Shown here: piece after piece, positions 55,801 through 64,000 of the stretch
Layout of the letters: the number at the start of each line of letters is the position of its first letter
Position numbering within the stretch: the stretch's first letter is position 1
From: Schmidtea polychroa
Taxonomy: Eukaryota
Direction: 5' to 3'
NCBI GenBank assembly: GCA_044892525.1
Contig: CM097885.1
Location: forward strand, 46,440,001 to 46,504,000
DNA: 64,000 nucleotides
Program-made: the position numbers and the translations under genes
The notes under the pieces: generated by a model
Databases searched by the model: none
What the model was told of the DNA's origin: nothing
The model's input: the letters and a program-made list of their open reading frames with translations, nothing else

Positions 55801-58800
55801 TTCCTTAAAGGTTCAAATTTAATAAAGAAAATATTGTAATATTTTTACGATAAATTGTTTAATTTCAATGAATATTTTATCCAAAAAATACTTGATTGAA
55901 ACTCTTGTTGTAACATGTTTACCAATTGTTTATAGTTTGAAAAAGGTAATAGAAATTGTAGATAAAAATTCAATCGTGATTAAGATAAAAATGTACTTAT
56001 TAAACAAAGTAGTGTATTTTCACTTTGAAATCTATTTTTTACAAATACAATAAATTCTTTAATGATTTTAGAATTGTTCTAAACTACAAATTTCAATTAT
56101 TTGGATATTACGATGTGATTTACTCGCATATATCTATATAATGAAATATTTTTGTTTCTCTTTAATAACACCACATTCGATAAACACAGAACTATCCTTT
56201 ACAGCGTTAACTTTTCCATCCAACTTTCATCACAACTTTAAAATCTCAAATTCGTAAATCACCAACATCAAGTTTATTTGACCATTGACTCGTTTACGAT
56301 AAAGAGATTAGGTGTATGTTACGTATGACATAAAGAAAAACCACACACAAAAAATAACAACTTGGTACTTCCCTTAAACCGAAAAAAAATTCAACAGAAT
56401 CTGTAAACTAATATAGAAACTATATATTACTTACCGTATTTTTCGGACCATAAGGCGCACTTACAATTCCTTCATTTTCTAAAAAATTGTCAGTGCGCAT
56501 AATGTATGGTTGGGCTTTCTGACCTAGAACCGATTTTACACCTAAATTCGAAATGTAAAAGTTTATAATCTAAAAAGTCAGTGTATTGTTTTGTATTTAA
56601 TTGTGTTGAGAGTTATTGTGAAAGAGTTGAATAAAGTTTGACTTATCGGAGTTTTGTGTCATTTAATGTGTGCGCCTTATGTATGAAAATAAAACCGTTA
56701 GTAGTCGATCAATGATATTGCGCTTTAAGTTTATACTCTAACTGTTTATATAATAAACTTATATTTAATAAGTATATATTAAAAAATAATCAATCCAGGT
56801 GAGGAAAACTCTCTGGTTGGTGGAATAGTATTTAAATATTAATACACTTTGTAAATTAGTTCCTCGACTTCTACCAGATTTTTTTGTTTGCACTTTCTGA
56901 TGAATTTGTTTTCTTTATTTATTGCAATTTCTAATCTTCCTTGCATTAATTAGTTTGTATTTATGCTCATTTCTAAAGAATCTGAAAAAAAAGATGATGA
57001 TGATGATGATGATAATAGATTATTAGATTCTACATTACATGTATTACTAAAATCGGAATATGATAGGCGTACTTGGACCTTATAAAATATTTTATAGTTG
57101 GTTAATTTTGACTACTCGCGTCTGTGTGTACATACTTCTTCCTGCCTGTTTGCATTTGTTTATTTTCTATAAATGGTTCGAAATTATTAACATTGAAATA
57201 CCGAATTCCTAACAAAGTTAATCGAAAATCAATGTAGTAGTTGGAAATTATGATATTAAATTAACAATCCCTATTTTAGATAATTGTTCGAAGGACAATT
57301 CATTATCTTGCTGTTTAGATTTTAGTTTACCTTAGTTAAGATATTGAAGAAGACTTGATAATTTTGTTCGCCGTGCTAAAGACCTCCTAAATTCGCAGCT
57401 TAACAGTCCAGTACCTAAATTATTAATCATAAATGCGATAGTGGTATCTGCAAACAGGAGAGTTGCATCGCATCGACACAATGATCCCACTGCTAATTTT
57501 AATAAACGACACTATTTTGCATTATTTTTTTTCATTTTTCCCCACGGACAAATGAAAGTCATTGAAAATTTGGTAATTTTTGTAAACTCCAAACGAATAA
57601 AATGTAATTTAATTAAATCCCGGTATAGCAAGCCCTAGTTAAAAGAAAACTAAAAGATTTTGCTGATTGTGTAGGTACATTTAAACTGGTCAACAAATAC
57701 TTGAAAAGTAAATAACAATTAAATTATTTAAATTATTTTTCTCATAAATTTTTATCAATTCTACATCAGCTCTTAAAATTTATTTTCATTTATATATTTG
57801 AACTGGAATATTTTTCATTTTCTGAAATTTAAATAAAACTCATTGAAATTTTTATCATATTATATTTGGTTGATAAAATTCTTTCTGATGAATACAACAA
57901 AAAAATCATTTATATTACGACAATTCACTATTATTTTCCCTTAGTAAATAAAATAAATCGTTTTTCTTTGATCATTAACCTCATCAGCAAAATCTAGTAA
58001 TTTGTTCAATTAAAGACTGGCATCAATAAAAGCTGTAGTTATCGCAATTGAGAGTCTGATAATGATGAAAGCGAGAAAATTGATGAATTTTTTCAACATT
58101 AAGATTTTACAGACTTTTTAATAATAAAGCTTTAATCTTTAAAAAAAATTCGGGTAATTACGGATGAATTTTAATTCGTCTGAATTCTATATCACTGTTT
58201 TAATTACTTTATAAATTTCGGATGAATGATGCATATTGATTTTGATTGCGGTAAAATGTCTAGATCTCGCATTTCCCAGGCTTTGTAAACTGCAGACAGC
58301 CCAACTAAATAGGCGTATTAACGTGATCATTAATCGGTACATTAATAGATTTGATTAATAGTTTTGAACCAAAATTGCAAAAATAATTAAAATGTGAAAT
58401 TTGAATTCGAAAATTTGACATGTTGTTGGCTTTTTTATGAAACGGGGTTCAGGGCATATTAATTTGTAGAAAAGAACACGAGGGAGTGAAAGATATTGAA
58501 ACTGGAAATCTATAAACAGTTAATTATTGATTTTACAATTCGAAAAAATAGGTAGGGGTAAAAAATAGATAATTTGAAATGATGGGAAGAAAATGGGAAA
58601 AATGGAAAAAACACGAAGTTTAGAAAATGGGCTAAAAATTGTCATCAACTTTATGTTAGATAGGGTAAAAATCAGTAGGTTTGGAGAAATTTTAAATATA
58701 GCTTAAAGAAATCGGAGAGTAAATTGAAACGGGAGATAAATTAAGGATTTAAAAGCAAATTTAGAAAAATGATTATTGCAGAGTCGATGAATTTTCTAAC

Positions 58801-61800
58801 AGATTATTCGAAGCTTATTTTATGGGCATGCACGTGCTGGATGAGTTGTAAGTTTTTATTTAATTCAAATCCAGAAATCAACCAAGCGATTTTATATAAT
58901 TACAACATAATAATAGTATAAATCTTATATGGAGCGCATATTAGAGAAATCCGAAATTAGAGATATATTTTTATGATGCATCTATGCATTAAATTTTAAT
59001 TCATCAGAAATTCATATCAACGACTGTAGAGCAAAAATAATTAACGTTTATGATAGTTTAATTATCGATTGAATGAAATATAATTTATGTGACACTTATT
59101 TGACTTAGCATTGAATTGAGTATTTTTAATTTCATTTCTATTGAGTTCTTGTAGCGATTATTATATAAAATTGGTTCAATTTTAACTGTTTCACAATAAT
59201 GTAAATGAAAGCTTCATATGAGAAAAAATCTCGTTTCAAAACATCTACTGATAATAAAATCTTCTGAATTTTTAAATTGAATTTAATATAGATAAAAGCT
59301 TACAAATGGATTAATTGTTAATTTGATTTAATTTATTTTTTATAAATATAACATGGTATTTACATTCACCAGCTTTTAATAACCATTTTATACAAATAAT
59401 GGTTGATAATCACTGATATGGATAACGCTCATTATAATAGTTAAAATATCATGTTCCATTAATTAGTAATATTCAATAAATCTTAAAATATAAATCTGAA
59501 TAAATATTTCTGTTTGTAAATTAATATTAAAATATATTCATTAATTTAAATCAAGTAAGCAATATAATTAATTGATCGTTTGAAATTTTATTTTCTATTG
59601 ATGGATTTTAGGCTTTTGAAATATGCCATGTTACATTATTGTCTATTATTTTAGAATGCTTTGGTTAGTCTATGTAATTTCAAGTCCTCAAAATTATATA
59701 ATTTAGGAAACTTTATTCCATTTATACATTAAAGAATCATTAATAAATAAAAATATGAATAATAACATATTTTTCATTTAGATAATGGTTTTATTTATGT
59801 ATTGATGTAGTTTTTATTTATTTAAGGTTTTTGTGATATTGAAATTGTATTTTATTGTTTTTAGCAGTCAACACCTAATTTAAATCTATTTATAAACGTT
59901 TTCTAGACATTTCATTAAATATTTTTATTTGATTTTTAAAGTATTTATTTAATAATTAGTTAACATATTTTAATTACAGAAGAGAAGAATATTCATTAGC
60001 TGTTAATAGCTATTCTAGAGCCATCAAGATTATTCAAACTGATCCAGATTATAAAAAGGCTTCAACTGATCCATCCAAAGCAGATATGTATGATTTGTTT
60101 GTAAAAGTAACGAATAATCTGGCTGCTGCTCAATTAAAAGTAAGTAGATTTTTAGATTTTAGGCTCTTATTATTAGAGTTATAATAGATGTTTGTTTTTG
60201 ACTATAAAGTCATAAGTCAACATTATATAAATAAGTCATAAGATGTATGTGAGGTGATAAGTTTCTTTATTACAATTTTTTGATTACGTCCCACTAATAA
60301 ACGAATATTTTGCAGCAGATGATATTAAAGCTATTAATTGGATGTGACATTGATAGATGGTGCATATTCCTACACAATTTAACCACAGCAAATTATTTTC
60401 CTTCATGAAGGAATCTAAAGTTTTTTATATGTCTTCGCCTCTAGTTCTCATTGGAAGTTCTCGACAAAACAAGAATTGCTCAGTAATTTGGATGAAATGT
60501 ATAAAAACTAGTAATTGACATCTGTTGATTCATCTAATTGCAATGTAAAGATCATATTATTGTCTTGAAAAATAGCCTTCATTTGAAGCTTAATATCACC
60601 AGACATGTCTTGAATACGTCTTCCAATCGTATTATCTGCCAAAGGAATTTTATTAACTTCTATCTCAAATTCGGTCCCAAACAATGTTCGAACAATAGCA
60701 CGGCAAGAGTCCTTTATGGTAGTTTCTGCAATAGAGTTGAGTTTTTGGCAATTATTTTAGCAACTGAGTAACTTGCCTCTTGAGCTCTCTCTGATGTTTT
60801 CATTCTCTTTGTGAACGATACAGACTGCTTTTTAAAGGACCTTGAAAGTTCAATAAAGTATTCGACTGGTCTTCCTGACAGATGATTGTTTTGTAGCAAA
60901 ATGGCGATTTAATTTGTTTGGTACCATACTTTCATTTGCAAGTATATCCCCGCAAATTAAACACTGGGGACTAGGATTGTTTTTATTACCAAAAAATGTG
61001 AACTCCAGTTCCATATAATCATTATTGTATAAACGAGGTTTTGAAATTTTTTTATTACACTTGTTGCCTACCAATTCAGCTAGTTGAACTGTTGGTTCTT
61101 GTGTAATTTCCTCTATGCTAGGCCTAGCCGCTACATTTTGTTCATTGCAAACTTCATCTTCAGCACGTCTTTTTTTAATTAGAAACTTATCCATTTTATG
61201 CGTAGTTTAAGTGCAATATAATAAATACATCTAATTCCGAAATTTAGTAACTTCTATAATCTAAATAAAAATCAATAAATTTATAGTATAGGAACACACA
61301 AACTTACCTGTGTGTAGAAATTTATTGTTCCGAAATTTAATAACTTTATTATAGAATTTGTGAAGGTGCGAGAAAAATAATTGAACACACCAACACAAAA
61401 CACAATGAAAAATGCATGCACACCAACGTGAATTATATAGGTTACTAAATTTCGGAATTGGGTGTACAACTGGTTAAAATAGTTGTAAAGTTTTAACAGT
61501 TACAAAAATTGGAAAATAATACAGCACAAGCTCTAAAGCAGTGTTATTAGAGTTAACAATCCTGCGTTGCTCACATCTAAACTTCGCAATCAAAGCTCGT
61601 TTCATCATGTTTTGCTCATCAAATCCAGTCTCTAAAAAATTCTTTTCAGTTTTATTTCGACATTATGCATTTAGTATATTTTTATTCTTTCCGGTTGAAC
61701 GCTAAAAACACGGAGAATAAATGTAATTTAATGAAGTTTATATGTGGAAAAAAAGTCTTTTGGTTGGTTCTTTTTCTATGTTTAAATAACGAATTCCAAC

Positions 61801-62560
61801 GATTAACTAATAAATAAGGTAAACAAGCGTTCTTGCAGCTAAAACACGACGGACTATATGTGTGTATTGTATTTCAGTCTAACAATCGTTAAAAAGTTTA
61901 TAAAATTAAGGGACTCTGACTTTTCATTATGTTCACGCGACACACCTATGCAGCGCTGCCGACACACTAAAGTGTCGCGACACACCGGTTGGAAAGCTCT
62001 GAGCTAGACAATGGTAGGAGCCCACTCGAAAGTTTAAAATTTCAAATGATAAATTTAATGTTTTTGTTCTCAATTCCATTTAAAAAAATTCTATTCATTT
62101 CAAGTTGGAAAGCTACGACAATGTTATCGAGACATGCAATACGATTCTAAATTATGATGCATCCAATGTAAAAGCCTTATTCAGAAAAGGAAAAAGTTTA
62201 ACAATGAAAGGAAATTACGATGAAGCTATTCCCATTTTAAGGCGGGCTCTTGAATTAGAGAACAGTAAATTGATTGCTGGAGAAATACAAAGATGTTATC
62301 AACTGAAACGAGCCGAAGATGAACAGAGAGCCCGTGTTTGTAGGAAAATGTTTGGTACGGGAGCTAAAAATTCCACTGAAAAGTATGAGGAATCTACCAC
62401 TTCTAGCTGGAAAAAAACTGTAATGAATAATTTCAATGAATACTTTCGTTATTGATTAATTCAGGTTTATAAATATTCACCTTACATTGGCGCTGTTCTA
62501 ATAACTGGAATTTCTGTCATGCTCGCATCCATTGCTATAGCGAAATCTAAGGGAAATTAA
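49841..62560 (+). CDS. FKBP8: Host FKBP8/FKBP38-like gene (acidic N-terminus, FKBP domain, TPRs, C-terminal TM); exons 49841-50099, 50146-50561, 52832-52976, 53023-53110, 53160-53306, 59980-60139, 62105-62419, 62465-62560
   Basis: Hand-spliced GT-AG exons stay in frame: VDILGNGLLTKK|IIVYGLGRETRP...FVLGDGDMIQ|AFDLGI...DARFAYGSYG|W...KRERGNYLY|RREEYSLAVNSYSRAI...NNLAAAQLK|LESYD...NVKALFRKGK...KMFG|...IGAVLITGISVMLASIAIA*. Confidence 0.9.
53477..53821. mobile_element. hAT (Buster/Charlie-type) MITE in FKBP8 intron 5
   Basis: 13-bp TIR CAGTGGTTCTCAA / TTGAGAACCACTG, internal CGCGGAACAC repeats, imperfect 8-bp flanks TTTTAAGG / TTTTTAGA. Confidence 0.75.
54130..54420 (-). mobile_element. Possible mariner transposase remnant
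   Basis: Minus strand reads LNELNLQVLPHSIDTPTDFNFFK, similar to mariner L.EL..EVLPHPPYSPDLAP.DY.LF; heavily degraded. Confidence 0.45.
60300..62001 (-). mobile_element. Degenerate hAT (Buster/ZBED) transposon in FKBP8 intron 6
   Basis: ORF 60850-61194 MDKFLIKKR...PQCLICGDILANESMVPNKLNRHF (BED finger), continuing frameshifted as AQEASYSVAKIIAK; TIR-like end CCGGTTGGAAAGCTCTG near 61985-62001. Left boundary approximate. Confidence 0.75.
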
Positions 62561-63149
62561 TTTTATTCTTAGTTGCATCTTTTTGATACTGTTTGTTCAA
62601 ACAAGAATAAATTTTACTTACATCAACTTTGTTTTGTACTACATTTCTCAATGGTTTCATATTTTGCTGTGTTAATATTCAACATGCAAGTGTTATTAGA
62701 ATTGAATAATATTTTTTATGTTTTGTTTTGTTGGTAATATATATTCGAAAACTTTAAATTACTTAATATTTGATGCTGTGGCATTAAATAATATGGTTTG
62801 AAAATTTCATCATTTTCTATTTATGAACTATTTTATCCATTCAGGGTTGGAAATTCCTGATCATTTGTCGTTTGATGTACAGATGTTATAAAATATTTTT
62901 ATAAATATGTAAAACTCGTTTGTGGTGGCGTATAAAACAAAAAATAATTTAAATGGTAATGATATTATAATTGTTCATTGACGTCATCAAAAGTGATAAT
63001 TCCAAAGCAAAACTTGAAAATTTGAAAGACTTGTTGAATGAAATGATTTTAAAATAAAATTGATAAGATAAATAGATGGGATCAGCGAGTTAATATGTAA
63101 ACGGACTGTGTGATAAAAGAAACTAACAGGAGCAGTATCATTTGACATA

Positions 63150-64000
63150 AGAAGAACAAGAATATGTAGGGTGTTTTTCAATATGTTGGTCACGAGCGCA
63201 AACCAAACTCGTTTTTGTTGAGAAAATCTGTAGGACCAAGCCGAGTCGCCTTTAAAAATAAATACTATCTCGGACAGCTGTGGTGTATGTGTGTTATTAT
63301 CTCTGTGGGACAAAACCACGTGCTTTCCATCTCTCGGCACCGTCCCTTGAGTTTGGCAAGTTTTGTTCGAAGCTACTCGACCTAGTGTTGCGCCCGTTCT
63401 CGATCTTGGCTTAGATTTTCCATCAATTTGAACACTGAAAGAAGATATGGTATGACCTCGTGACAACTTATGAAAATCAGATAATCAACTCGTTTTATTC
63501 ATCGTAATAGTGGGAAAAAACATAACAACCCCCGGGGTCCTACGCTGTATTTTGTATTATCGCAATTTCGGTCAGTCTTTTCACCAGTTGCTCTAAGTAA
63601 CCCTGTCCTGGAATCTCCATTTAGCAACCTATCTCCCTCTTAAACACAGCACTAAAACACGATAAAAGGTACAAATGATCGTAGTGTTAATTCCTGGAAG
63701 CAATTGGAGTCGGCCTTTGGGACTCGTTCGACTTGTTCCAGGGGTGGTCTAGTCTGTCCGTATTGCACAACAGCCGGGCGGTTCCATCTGGATCCTCGAG
63801 CTCGCCATTCAATATTTTCTCTTCAATATTTTCAATATTTCAATATTTTCACTCCGGCGTCTTTGAACGTGCACATCTGAGCCTGTTTTCCTAAATTGAC
63901 TTAGGGTTCTAATTTTGGCTGTACTGGTACCGTACCCTCGTACATCCACTCATGGATCCGATACCAGATTCATCTAGATCAGAGCCGGGTGATAGATTCG
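63150..64000 (-). mobile_element. GC-richer degenerate retroelement-like fragment (unassigned)
   Basis: Composition shift and broken minus-strand frames; no intact diagnostic motif recognised. Confidence 0.3.

Noticed and set aside
49841..62560. Functional link between host FKBP8 (a Bcl-2-binding protein in mammals) and the element's Bcl-2-like domain
   Set aside because: A single recent insertion site gives no evidence of selection; adjacency is most likely coincidence.

Overview
AT-rich eukaryotic genomic DNA with short GT-AG introns; a flatworm/planarian origin is inferred, not shown. The window is dominated by one giant (34.4 kb, 14812-49210), apparently young Ty3/Gypsy-type LTR retroelement: 4319-bp TG...CA LTRs, a 4-bp TTTG target-site duplication and a tRNA-Pro-like PBS. 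Its size recalls the >30-kb planarian 'Burro' elements. It encodes Gag plus a very large polyprotein, which would form a single ~4,700-aa ORF except for a 217-bp tandem duplication. Besides PR-RT-RNaseH-IN, the polyprotein carries ubiquitin-like repeats, a TRAF/MATH domain, a Bcl-2-like domain, a chuvirus-like envelope glycoprotein placed before the protease, ankyrin repeats and a second membrane protein. Same-strand accessory genes follow (full TRAF, BIR-RING IAP, coiled-coil proteins, a putative TNFR-like membrane protein), separated by a conserved spacer (stop, 16-18 nt, TGTAAATA ... AG-ATG); a further RING ORF precedes gag and two ORFs lie inside each LTR. The element sits ~630 bp upstream of an 8-exon host FKBP8/FKBP38-like gene. 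The flanks hold decayed mariner, hAT, piggyBac-type, Penelope (with hammerhead motif) and Gypsy relics. All domain calls are by-eye motif recognition and need HMM or structure confirmation.
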